Under the pieces are notes generated by a model. It worked only from the letters and a program-made list of their open reading frames with translations. It made no database searches and was not told where the DNA came from. A DNA stretch of 64,000 nt, taken from NCBI GenBank assembly GCA_964448115.1, contig CAYUVA010000005.1, positions 1 through 64,000 on the forward strand. The letters run 5' to 3'. Position 1 is the first letter of the stretch. Each line of letters starts with the position of its first letter. The DNA is from an uncultured bacterium. Lineage in GTDB: Bacteria; CAYUVA01. Positions 1 through 8,643 of the stretch are shown one piece after another. A program made the position numbers and the translations under genes.

Positions 1-30
1 CGAAGATCGATTGTATGGCAAAAAGCGTTT

Positions 31-59
31 TTTAACCACCAAGGCACAAAGGCACGAAG
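31..59. repeat. Short dispersed intergenic repeat TTTAACCACCAAGGCACAAAGGCACGAAG
   Basis: A second copy lies in inverted orientation at 6097-6125 (26/29 identical by eye). Confidence 0.7.
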
Positions 60-207
60 AGGAAGTGATACCGTGATAGCGTTGCAGGAGTGTTGTTTAA
101 GGGGGCGACTTCCTTATCCGAGCATTGATTGTAAGCAAGCGGTCAAGTAATGGTGTTGCAGGGATTATACACCCTGTCTCCCCCAGGGGCGAGCCACCCC
201 TCTTCTA

Positions 208-308
208 TCATTCCCGCCCCGCACTTGATGCGGCGCGGGCATGACAGGGAGGGGGGAGGCTGGATGCCCGCCGGAGTTTACCTGGCACTTGGTGCGGGGC
301 GGGAATGA
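208..308. repeat. REP-like palindromic element
   Basis: Perfect 17-bp inverted repeat TCATTCCCGCCCCGCAC (208-224) / GTGCGGGGCGGGAATGA (292-308); each arm carries a GCACTTG(A/G)TGC mini-hairpin. Confidence 0.7.
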
Positions 309-366
309 CAAAAACGCAAAGAAGAAAGGAGGATCAAGCAAAGACCCAGAAAAGAAAGAATTGATC

Positions 367-390
367 ACGCAAAGACGCAAAGACGCAAAG
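367..390. repeat. Tandem octamer (ACGCAAAG)x3
   Basis: Read directly; another ACGCAAAG is at 314-321. Confidence 0.8.
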
Positions 391-518
391 AAAAAAAGGA
401 GGAGAAGCCCCATCCCCCGACTCCTTTCCTAAACTTGGGTGAGGGAAGACCGGGCAACCGGTCTTTCCTACCCCTATTAGAAAAAAATGGGAATATACAT
501 CGCTATAAGAGCCTAAGA

Positions 519-2840
519 TTATTCTTGCACCCAAAGATATGGCCAGGGAATCCCTTTGGATCCTCCTATCTTTATTGGCATCAACTCCAATGTAAATCGA
601 GCCGGTTCTACCCCTTTTGGCAGGACAACCGCTGGAAATATATAAACACCAGGGGTCGAGGGATCAGGAGTAAGCAAGATGCCGCTTGGGCTGCCCAGTA
701 TGTAGATATCTACGGAGTCTATGCCATTGCGGCTGTAGTCCTTGAGGTATGCGAACATGGTGAAGATTCCCCCTTCAGCGCTTGAGATGTTTGTGTTCAT
801 GTAGCCAGCGATATGGATAGGCAAATACTCGCTGTAGTACTCATAAGCTCCCATATCAAACCCTCCATGCTGAGGATTTGGTCGCTGATTGCCATCAAGG
901 TCATCCTGTGGCGAAGCCTCGCTAGTGGCAGTATCAATACATGGAGAATAGGCTCGCAGCCGAAAATCACCATTTGAATCCACAAAGCAGGGATCAGCAT
1001 CGATGTTTCCCTCTCCCTCCCAACCGAGCCTGATGTCGCTGTAGCTTACCTGTGCGTTGCCCGAGTAGAATGCCATCTCCACAGGCTTATTAGGATACAT
1101 TATCGTATTGGTTATCGTTGGCATAGCATTCAGCATCCCGCACAGGGCGCCGCCGGTCTCGCTCGCCTCATTCATCGCAAAGGTGCAGTTTATTATGCGT
1201 GGATTTGCAGCATAAGCGAAGATCCCTGCTCCTTTATCCGCACGATTATCGAAGAATAGAGTATTGAAAAGCTCCGCTGGCGAACTTATGAGCTGCATCC
1301 CCCCTCCATTTGCCGGGGCAATGTTACCCCTGATGATGCATTTATAAAGGCGTGGGTTTGAGTGAAAGTCGCAGCTTATGCCACCTCCATCGCGCTGGGA
1401 AGAGTTATCCTTGAACAGGCAATCGATAAAGGTCGTCGAACATCCTTCCATGGCGATGGCGCCGCCTGATTGTTCGGATTGATTGCTTACGAACTGGCAA
1501 TCAGAAATACTGCCACCGGTTCTTCTCCCCAGGAATGCGCCTCCGCCAAGAACACCCCTATTTCCAGAAAATACGCAGTTATCGAGGCTCAGATTAGAGT
1601 CATAGGCGTAGAGCCCACCTCCTTGGTAGCCATAATTATCGAAGAATCCACAGCCACTAATGGTCGGTGAGCCGTGAAGGACTCTCACACCGCTCATCCC
1701 CCCGCCGGTAATGTTTAGATTTATAAGACTATAATTGCCATCATAGGCGCTATATATTGTCGAATAAGACACATTCCCCACTATGGTTACATTCTGATCT
1801 GAGCTTATTCCTGGCATACCATTCAAGCTAACTCCATACAGGATGATGGGGAATTCCTCATCGGAGTCGATGCCATACCTGCCGGGCAGTATATCAAGGC
1901 GGCTTCCCGGCAGGTTACACTCCCTCAATGCAAGGGTGATGCTTGGAAAGTCCCCGCCATCGCCGATGGTGAATCTCACAGGTTCAGGCAACTCCACGGG
2001 ACCGAAGTAAATGCTCTCATAAGCGCCTATGTCAGGTGCGTTTCCCTGGTAGTGAGTCCCCATAACCAAGCCGCGATCGATACAGGGTGAATAGAAACCG
2101 AGGCTAAAATCCCCCGAAGCAGGATCGTTGAAACGAGGTGGTGCACCAAAGACAGAATTCAGATCTCCACTGGCTCCATTGCCGATATTACAATGGCTGA
2201 TCACCATCTCACTCCGCTCGAATGATGCATCATCGGTGTTTCCCCAGATTACAGAATTGATGATCTCGATCTTGCTATCCTCAATATATATGCCCCCGCC
2301 TCGCTCATCGCTGATATTACCAGTTATTGTGCAATGCTCGATGCGGATCCGGCTTCTCTGGGCACCGACCGCTCCTCCTTTGGCTGCATGGTTGCCGGTG
2401 ATGATGCAGCGACTGATGGTCAAGTTGGAATCGGTCAAATATATCCCGGCGCCAATATCATCGTACTGATATTTAGCTTCCCCTCCTGTAATATAAAATC
2501 CCTCGATCCGAGTGCCTCCAGCTAAGGAGAGGAGATCTCCGACTACTACCCTTTCGCTCTTTCCAGCATCGATTCTTGGTCTATAGCCTGCGTCCATGCT
2601 CTTGAGAACAACGCCGGATACAAGCTCCAATGGAAAGATCTCCCCATTCAATGAAGTATAGTTGCCATCTGCCACTAGTATCACATCGCCGAAAAAGCTA
2701 TTCTCAAGGGCTTGAGTTATCGTATTATAGTCATAGGAGCCGTTCTTGCCAACGGTTATCTGCTCTCCGCAAACATCGGAGCCGAATAGAAAAATAAGAC
2801 CTGTTATAAGACCCAATACTGATTTCAAGATCGCTTTCAT
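519..2840 (-). CDS. Secreted right-handed parallel beta-helix repeat protein with shared C-terminal domain
   Basis: Signal peptide; many GGGI/GGAI and FxxN repeats; two SPCID...D[IM]GAYE caps; ends in AGYMNTNISSAEGG...WPYLWVQE. Confidence 0.85.
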   Translation of the reverse strand: MKAILKSVLGLITGLIFLFGSDVCGEQITVGKNGSYDYNTITQALENSFFGDVILVADGNYTSLNGEIFPLELVSGVVLKSMDAGYRPRIDAGKSERVVVGDLLSLAGGTRIEGFYITGGEAKYQYDDIGAGIYLTDSNLTISRCIITGNHAAKGGAVGAQRSRIRIEHCTITGNISDERGGGIYIEDSKIEIINSVIWGNTDDASFERSEMVISHCNIGNGASGDLNSVFGAPPRFNDPASGDFSLGFYSPCIDRGLVMGTHYQGNAPDIGAYESIYFGPVELPEPVRFTIGDGGDFPSITLALRECNLPGSRLDILPGRYGIDSDEEFPIILYGVSLNGMPGISSDQNVTIVGNVSYSTIYSAYDGNYSLINLNITGGGMSGVRVLHGSPTISGCGFFDNYGYQGGGLYAYDSNLSLDNCVFSGNRGVLGGGAFLGRRTGGSISDCQFVSNQSEQSGGAIAMEGCSTTFIDCLFKDNSSQRDGGGISCDFHSNPRLYKCIIRGNIAPANGGGMQLISSPAELFNTLFFDNRADKGAGIFAYAANPRIINCTFAMNEASETGGALCGMLNAMPTITNTIMYPNKPVEMAFYSGNAQVSYSDIRLGWEGEGNIDADPCFVDSNGDFRLRAYSPCIDTATSEASPQDDLDGNQRPNPQHGGFDMGAYEYYSEYLPIHIAGYMNTNISSAEGGIFTMFAYLKDYSRNGIDSVDIYILGSPSGILLTPDPSTPGVYIFPAVVLPKGVEPARFTLELMPIKIGGSKGIPWPYLWVQE

Positions 2841-2872
2841 GCCGAACTCCTTTTCGATTGATCCAAAGCTGT

Positions 2873-2914
2873 AGTATAGTTCAGCCTGAAAATTTAGACA
2901 AATCTATGTATAAT
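2873..2914. promoter_or_regulatory. Overlapping divergent sigma70-type promoters
   Basis: Minus strand TTGTCT-N17-TATACT (2901..2873); plus strand CTGAAA-N17-TATAAT (2886-2914). Confidence 0.5.
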
Positions 2915-2960
2915 CCTAAATTGTAAAATAAAATTAAAGGTTTAAGCGCTGGATTGTGTT

Positions 2961-3515
2961 ATGAAAAAAGGGTTTGTATTGTTTTTCATCCTGACAACGG
3001 TTGTACTTTTGAAGGCAAGGGATTCCTTTTCCTTCAAGGGATGGGGCATGGGATTCAGTTTCACCTACTGGGACTCGCAGTTTAATGGTAAGAGGAACAA
3101 TGCCAACGCTTTTGCATTATATGGTATTAAGAAACCCTCGGAGAGCTTATCGCTGCGCTTCGGCATAGATTTCGCTTCTTCAAGCAGCCCTTCGGATCCT
3201 GCCATAGAAGGTGGAAGCAGCCTTCTTATCGCCAATTTTTTTGGCGGCGCTTACTATTGCTTCTACGACCTGACCATCCGCAGATGGTCGCCATACACGG
3301 GAGCATCCATAGGCTACGGCTACTTGACCTATGGAGCACAGCGTGACAAGACCACGACCTTTCGACTCACGCCGGAACTGGGTGCGATATTCAACCTGAA
3401 ACACGGCTCCTATTTTTATGTATCTGTCCAGGATCGCATCGAGTTTTCTTCCGATTCATTAAAGGGCTTTGCTTACCAGATCGGCGTTGAATGGGAAGTG
3501 AATGTTGAGCAATAG
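2961..3515 (+). CDS. Small outer-membrane beta-barrel protein (OmpA/OmpW-like)
   Basis: Signal peptide MKKGFVLFFILTTVVLL; amphipathic strands such as SPYTGASIGYGY and YQIGVEW; 184 aa. Confidence 0.7.
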   Translation: MKKGFVLFFILTTVVLLKARDSFSFKGWGMGFSFTYWDSQFNGKRNNANAFALYGIKKPSESLSLRFGIDFASSSSPSDPAIEGGSSLLIANFFGGAYYCFYDLTIRRWSPYTGASIGYGYLTYGAQRDKTTTFRLTPELGAIFNLKHGSYFYVSVQDRIEFSSDSLKGFAYQIGVEWEVNVEQ

Positions 3516-3533
3516 ATATATATCTTGCCTGGT

Positions 3534-4448
3534 TTATCGCCTCAATAGATGCCAAAGCTTACCAAGAATCTCTGCATCCAGGTATCCTTTTTTTGATGCC
3601 ATGCGCGCATAAGCGATGCTTAGCTGCTTGTACAGCTCGGCAAGCACCTTGTTTTCATCATTGACTGGGAGGTTCTCAAGTTCCTCCAGATGCATCTTGA
3701 TCGCCTCGAAGTCCCCGCGGGGAATCGGTCCGGTCAATGAGCTATCTATTTCCAGTTCCGCTATATTTTCTACTGTTTCTCTCATCAGGCTGGCGATCAT
3801 ACCAATGATGTTTCCAGGAGGCTCAAGCTCACATATCTCAAGTAGGCTTTTTGCCTGGTGAGCAAGCAAATAAGGGAAATTGGAAGCAAAGATGCAGGCA
3901 GCGTGGTACAAGGGTTTGCGCCTGCTGTCAACTCTAATCGGCTTAGCATCGATGCTAAGCACCAGCTCGCTTAAGGGCTTGATCGCCTCCTCGTCTCCCT
4001 CGATGGCAAAGTAGATGCCTGCCAGCCTCTCAGCGGATCGCAAAGGCTCCGCAAAGCTCATCATGGGATGGATAGAACCTACCAGAAATGCTGGTTCATC
4101 ATTATCGATCCTGAGTTGGCTGGAGGGAATTATGCCGGAAGTGTTTGCGATTATCATCTTGCGATCCAGTCCTTCTAGCTCGGAAAAGCAGCTAGCCCAT
4201 TCCTTATAAGCATGATCTGGAACCGAGATGATCAGTATTTCTGTGCCCTGAATAGCCTGATCTAGGCCATTAACTACCTTGATCTGGTCCAGGAAACGAG
4301 CTGCGCGATGAGCTGATTCGAGCGGCTTAGAGTAAAGGTTGACTATGATATGTCCTGCCTTCTGAAATGCAATAGCCAGCGCGCATCCTACCCTGCCGGT
4401 ACCGATAAAGGAGATCCTCCGAGGATTGCTGATTCCCTTATTAACCAT
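3534..4448 (-). CDS. Rossmann-like plus DUF2520 oxidoreductase (PanG-type ketopantoate reductase family)
   Basis: IGTGRVG, HPMMSF, YHAACIFASN and LTGPIPRGD motifs. Confidence 0.85.
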   Translation of the reverse strand: MVNKGISNPRRISFIGTGRVGCALAIAFQKAGHIIVNLYSKPLESAHRAARFLDQIKVVNGLDQAIQGTEILIISVPDHAYKEWASCFSELEGLDRKMIIANTSGIIPSSQLRIDNDEPAFLVGSIHPMMSFAEPLRSAERLAGIYFAIEGDEEAIKPLSELVLSIDAKPIRVDSRRKPLYHAACIFASNFPYLLAHQAKSLLEICELEPPGNIIGMIASLMRETVENIAELEIDSSLTGPIPRGDFEAIKMHLEELENLPVNDENKVLAELYKQLSIAYARMASKKGYLDAEILGKLWHLLRR

Positions 4449-5312
4449 TTACCCATTAAAACCTGGACGACTGTCAACCGTCTGTTCGATGCCAGGAAGG
4501 TATAGAACAATTGCCTCGGTCTTCTTGAGATAATTGCAGGCTTTACATGCTATCTCGAAAGTGGCTTGTCGATCCAGGCAGCAAACGAAGTAATAATCAT
4601 TAGGTTGCGATGGTAATCTTACGATATTAACCTCTTTTATGGTTACGGCATCGAACCTGTAACCTTCAACGGTAACCGATTCTACTCTTTGGGGGATCTT
4701 ATTACTGTGTGGAGTGATGAACAATGAAATATTTTTGCCCTTGGTGTTGTACTGAACCAACCCGACGGTTTGATGGTTGTTTCGACAACATCTTGCCCCA
4801 ATAAGTTCAACTCCCATGGCCTTGGGACATGGAATGGCTATTGGTCTTTGTATTGCCTGGCTGAGCCATTTCTCTACCTCGCTTTTCCTATTAGAGTGCA
4901 TCTGGAGCACCTTGGTGTCGTTGTATTGCAATACCATGGCTTCTAGATCGGGCACGAACTGGCGATGAACTAAAATAAAATAAGCAGGCAATAATAAGAT
5001 CAAGACAACTGTTGCTGCTATTGATATTAGGGCATTTTTATTGTTGATGAAGAATTGGATGCCCTTGCTTTGGGTTTGTTTTTGCTTGCAGCACTCCTGG
5101 TCGATCATTGAACGGATCGATTCTCTGCATGCTTCGGGGGCTTGGTCTTTTTTGACCTTGCAAATAAGCTCTTTGAACGCCCTTTGCCCGCCGTAGAATA
5201 CCTGGCAGTGATAGCAGATCTTTAGGTGTTCGACCAGGTCGAACCGTTTGTCATCTTCCAGCTCGCCGTCAAGGTACCTGAAGAGTACCCGTTTCGCTTC
5301 CCTACAGTCCAT
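4449..5312 (-). CDS. Membrane-anchored zinc-binding (zf-HC2/ZAS) anti-sigma factor
   Basis: YLDGEL...HLKICYHC (HxxxCxxC); one TM helix; directly downstream of the ECF sigma. Start placed at ATG 5312. Confidence 0.85.
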   Translation of the reverse strand: MDCREAKRVLFRYLDGELEDDKRFDLVEHLKICYHCQVFYGGQRAFKELICKVKKDQAPEACRESIRSMIDQECCKQKQTQSKGIQFFINNKNALISIAATVVLILLLPAYFILVHRQFVPDLEAMVLQYNDTKVLQMHSNRKSEVEKWLSQAIQRPIAIPCPKAMGVELIGARCCRNNHQTVGLVQYNTKGKNISLFITPHSNKIPQRVESVTVEGYRFDAVTIKEVNIVRLPSQPNDYYFVCCLDRQATFEIACKACNYLKKTEAIVLYLPGIEQTVDSRPGFNG

Positions 5313-5324
5313 AACCAATTCAGT

Positions 5325-5984
5325 TTATAGCTTCGACTTGATGTACCCGTTTTCTACTGCATAATCATATAACGCTTTCTGGAGCAATTTTCTTCCCCGA
5401 TACAGCCGAGACATGACAGTACCAATTGGGATATGGAGCATGGAGGCGATCTCCTTGTAGCTGAAGCCCTCAATATCCGATAAAATCAGCACTATCTTGA
5501 AGTCGAAAGGTAGTTCATCGATCGCCTGTTTTATCTGGTCATCAAAGATCTCGGTTGTAAGATTTGTGATCTCTTCTTCGGTAAAGGCGACCAGTTCCAC
5601 ATCTTCCACCTGTTGTTCCTGAGGTTCGATTTGTACATCGTCCTGCTGAAAGGGAGCTACATCCTCATAGGAGACCTGTTGAGGCACCTTGGATTGCTTG
5701 CGGTAGCGATTGATATAGCTATTGGTCAGGATCTTGAATATCCAAGCTTTGAAGTTGGTGCCCCGCTCAAATTTTTCAAAGAAACGAAAGGCTTTGAGGA
5801 AGGTTTCCTGGAGCAGATCCTCTGCGTCGGAGGCATTTTTGGTCATTCGCAAGGCAGTGCTATAGAGGCTATCTATATGCTCAAAGGCGAGTTTCTCGAA
5901 CAATATCCTCTTGTTATCTATATCGTTTTGAGGGCTATTGTCTTCGCTTCGTTTTCTGAAGATTTTTCTCCAGGAATCTGCCAT
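5325..5984 (-). CDS. ECF-type sigma-70 factor
   Basis: DAEDLLQETFLKAF, NFKAWIFKILTN, SYKEIA...PIGTVMSRLYRGR. Start placed at ATG 5984. Confidence 0.95.
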   Translation of the reverse strand: MADSWRKIFRKRSEDNSPQNDIDNKRILFEKLAFEHIDSLYSTALRMTKNASDAEDLLQETFLKAFRFFEKFERGTNFKAWIFKILTNSYINRYRKQSKVPQQVSYEDVAPFQQDDVQIEPQEQQVEDVELVAFTEEEITNLTTEIFDDQIKQAIDELPFDFKIVLILSDIEGFSYKEIASMLHIPIGTVMSRLYRGRKLLQKALYDYAVENGYIKSKL

Positions 5985-6096
5985 GATTATTAGATTATAA
6001 AGGTTCAACCTAGATCTTTACAGGTATTTGATGATACCATACAATCAAGGTCATATCCAGAATTAAATATATCCGGTATCACGCGATTAGCTCTTC

Positions 6097-6125
6097 CTTT
6101 GTGCCTTTGTGGCTTAGTGGTTAAA
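6097..6125. repeat. Inverted copy of the repeat at 31-59
   Basis: Reverse complement reads TTTAACCACTAAGCCACAAAGGCACAAAG. Confidence 0.7.
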
Positions 6126-6174
6126 TGACTATTAAGTCTTTGGATACACCTTTTTTAGTAATATCAAAATCGGT

Positions 6175-6203
6175 TTGACTTTGACTTAACATGTTATTAT
6201 ACT
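6175..6203 (+). promoter_or_regulatory. sigma70-type promoter for the oxidoreductase operon
   Basis: TTGACT-N17-TATACT; the spacer contains the palindrome TAACATGTTA. Confidence 0.65.
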
Positions 6204-6318
6204 TATTTAGGAAGAATGATAAAAAGTCATTATTTTACAGGCAGTTGTCCCAGATAAGCTCTTTTAGAGATTCGTCCCATAGAAACAAGTTACCTATCAT
6301 CCAAAGGAACGCAAAAAA

Positions 6319-6867
6319 GTGATCGAGATAAGATTTCACGGCAGAGGGGGTCAAGGAAGCGTGGTCGCCTCCAACATCCTCGCCCAGGCGCTGTTCACGG
6401 AAGACAAGTACTCGCAGTCCTTCCCCGTATTCGGCGTGGAAAGGAGGGGGGCGCCGGTTACAGCCTACATCCGCTTCGATGATAAGCCAATAAACCTGCG
6501 CTGCGAGATATACCAGCCGGACCACATCGTGATCCTCGATGCATCCCTGGTGCAAACCCAGGATGTAACCCAGGGCTTGAAACCCGGTGGAGTCATACTG
6601 ATAAACAGCGATAAATCCCCCGGTTCATTCGACTTGGATAAAAAGTACAAGGTGGCAACGGTGGATGCGAGCGCAATCGCACTCGACTTGCACCTAGGCT
6701 CGGTGGGGATGCCGATCGTGAATACAGCTATCCTTGGCGCACTGGCAAAGGCAACCGCCATCGTCTCCTTGGACTCCATCGCCATGGCGATCTCAAGCTA
6801 TATGCCCAAACGAGCAGAGCCGAATGTGGAGGCTGCCAGAAGGGCTTACCAACAAGTAAAAATGTGA
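6319..6867 (+). CDS. porC: Pyruvate/2-oxoacid:acceptor oxidoreductase gamma subunit
   Basis: EIRFHGRGGQG, FGVERRGAPV and NTAILGA motifs. Confidence 0.93.
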   Translation: MIEIRFHGRGGQGSVVASNILAQALFTEDKYSQSFPVFGVERRGAPVTAYIRFDDKPINLRCEIYQPDHIVILDASLVQTQDVTQGLKPGGVILINSDKSPGSFDLDKKYKVATVDASAIALDLHLGSVGMPIVNTAILGALAKATAIVSLDSIAMAISSYMPKRAEPNVEAARRAYQQVKM

Positions 6868-6883
6868 AAACGAGGTTTATTGT

Positions 6884-8629
6884 ATGGCTTTGAGGGTGAA
6901 GATAACCGAACTGAACGATTTCCCAGTGGTATCGTGCACAACAGGCACCACGCTCGATATAAAGACCGGCTCATGGAAGTACAGCGAGCCGGTTTATCGT
7001 AACAAGACCGCACCATGTAACCAGGCTTGCCCGACCTGCGAGAACATCGAGGGATACATGCTCCTAGCCAAACAGGGCGAGTTCAAGGAAGCCTGGAAAC
7101 TGATAAAGCAGGAGAACCCCTTCCCCGCCGTGTGCGGAAGGGTTTGTTTCCACCCTTGCGAGTCAGCCTGCAACCGCAAGGATTTTGATGATCCCCTGCG
7201 CATCCACCTGGTCGAGCGCTTCATCGGCGACTTTGGCTTAAAGCAGGTGCTCGAACGACCATCCCCTAACATCCGCTTTAAGGAGAAGATCGCTGTCATC
7301 GGCTCTGGACCCGCCGGGTTGAGCTGCGCTTATCAACTTGCTCGCCTCGGCTACAAGGCTACGGTTTACGAGGCTGCCAGCCTCCCTGGCGGACTGCTTC
7401 GCCTGGGCATTCCAGAGTATAGACTCCCCCGGGATATCCTCGATGCGGAGATCGATTATATCCTCAAGTGCGGCGTGGAGATCGTAACCAACACTAAAAT
7501 CGGCAAAGATATCAGCTTTGATGAGCTAAAGGCGACAAATGATGCAGTATTTATCGGCATCGGAGTGCACAAAAGCTCCCGGATGAAGGTCGAAAACGAG
7601 GACGCTGAAGGAGTGATGTCCGGCTTGGAGTACTTAAGGCGCGTAAACATGGGCGAAAAGGTAGAGCTAGAAGGGAAGGTTGCGGTCATAGGCGGCGGAA
7701 ACACCGCTATGGATGCTGCCCGGGTCGCCCTGCGCAAGGGAGCTAAGCCTTTCATACTCTACCGTCGCACCCAGGCGGAAATGCCCGCACACGAGGAAGA
7801 GATACAGGCTGCGATGCAGGAGGGGATACCGATGACCTTCCTGGCTGCACCGACCAGGATCATCACCCAAAATGGCAAGGTGGCTGCCATGCAGTGCATC
7901 AAGATGAGACTCGGCGAGCCGGATGCCTCGGGTAGAAGAAGACCAGTACCTATAGCGGGGAGCGAATATACCATCGGGGTCGATCATGTCCTTACCGCCA
8001 TCGGCGAATACGGAGATGTCAATTTCATCAAGGATATGCTCGATATAGACTGGGCGACTATCAAGACCGATGAGCTGGGCAGAACCTCGCTTAGCGGAGT
8101 TTATGCTGGCGGCGATATAATAGACATTGACCATACGGTTACGCATGCCATCGGCTCCGGCAAGCGCGCCGCCCTTGCCATACACCACGACCTGCGCAAG
8201 ATGGACACAAAACACCTGCTAGAAAAATATAGGGTGGGCACAAAAGGCAATATCTCCATGGAGCGCTTCTTGCATGATAAGCCCTTCGAGGAGTGGGAAC
8301 ACGAGGTGGTTGGCATCGATAAGATCAACCTCAATTACTTCGAGACCGAAACCGCACAAGCCGAGCGAAAGCTGCCGGCTGAGGACAGGGTAGGCGACTT
8401 CGCAGAGGTGAACAAGGGATTATCCTTCTCGCAACTGATGCAGGAGGTCAAGCGATGCTTCAACTGCGCGGTTTGCAACCAGTGCGATAACTGCCTTGTA
8501 TTCTGCCCGGATGTGGCTATCCATCGCAACCCCAACGGCGGGTATATAATTGACTATGACTACTGCAAGGGGTGCGGAGTCTGCGTTCGCGAGTGCCCCA
8601 GAAATGCGATCTCGATAATAAAAGTTTAA
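6884..8629 (+). CDS. Oxidoreductase delta (2x4Fe-4S) subunit fused with a GltD-like FAD/NAD(P) oxidoreductase
   Basis: N-terminal KTGSWK..PV; GltD motifs PCNQACP, CGRVCFHPC, GSGPAG, GGGNTAMD, YRR; C-terminal CxxCxxCxxxCP and DYDYCKGCGVCVRECP. Confidence 0.9.
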   Translation: MALRVKITELNDFPVVSCTTGTTLDIKTGSWKYSEPVYRNKTAPCNQACPTCENIEGYMLLAKQGEFKEAWKLIKQENPFPAVCGRVCFHPCESACNRKDFDDPLRIHLVERFIGDFGLKQVLERPSPNIRFKEKIAVIGSGPAGLSCAYQLARLGYKATVYEAASLPGGLLRLGIPEYRLPRDILDAEIDYILKCGVEIVTNTKIGKDISFDELKATNDAVFIGIGVHKSSRMKVENEDAEGVMSGLEYLRRVNMGEKVELEGKVAVIGGGNTAMDAARVALRKGAKPFILYRRTQAEMPAHEEEIQAAMQEGIPMTFLAAPTRIITQNGKVAAMQCIKMRLGEPDASGRRRPVPIAGSEYTIGVDHVLTAIGEYGDVNFIKDMLDIDWATIKTDELGRTSLSGVYAGGDIIDIDHTVTHAIGSGKRAALAIHHDLRKMDTKHLLEKYRVGTKGNISMERFLHDKPFEEWEHEVVGIDKINLNYFETETAQAERKLPAEDRVGDFAEVNKGLSFSQLMQEVKRCFNCAVCNQCDNCLVFCPDVAIHRNPNGGYIIDYDYCKGCGVCVRECPRNAISIIKV

Positions 8630-8643
8630 GGTGAGAAAATAAG

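Noticed and set aside
165-534. Short ORFs over the repeat-rich gap
   Set aside because: They are low-complexity translations of repeats and A-tracts with no protein motif.
519-824. Shared tail as T9SS CTD, PEP-CTERM, LPXTG or autotransporter barrel
   Set aside because: It has no YPNP-type start, no TM helix with basic tail, no LPXTG, and is too short for a barrel with no terminal aromatic strand.
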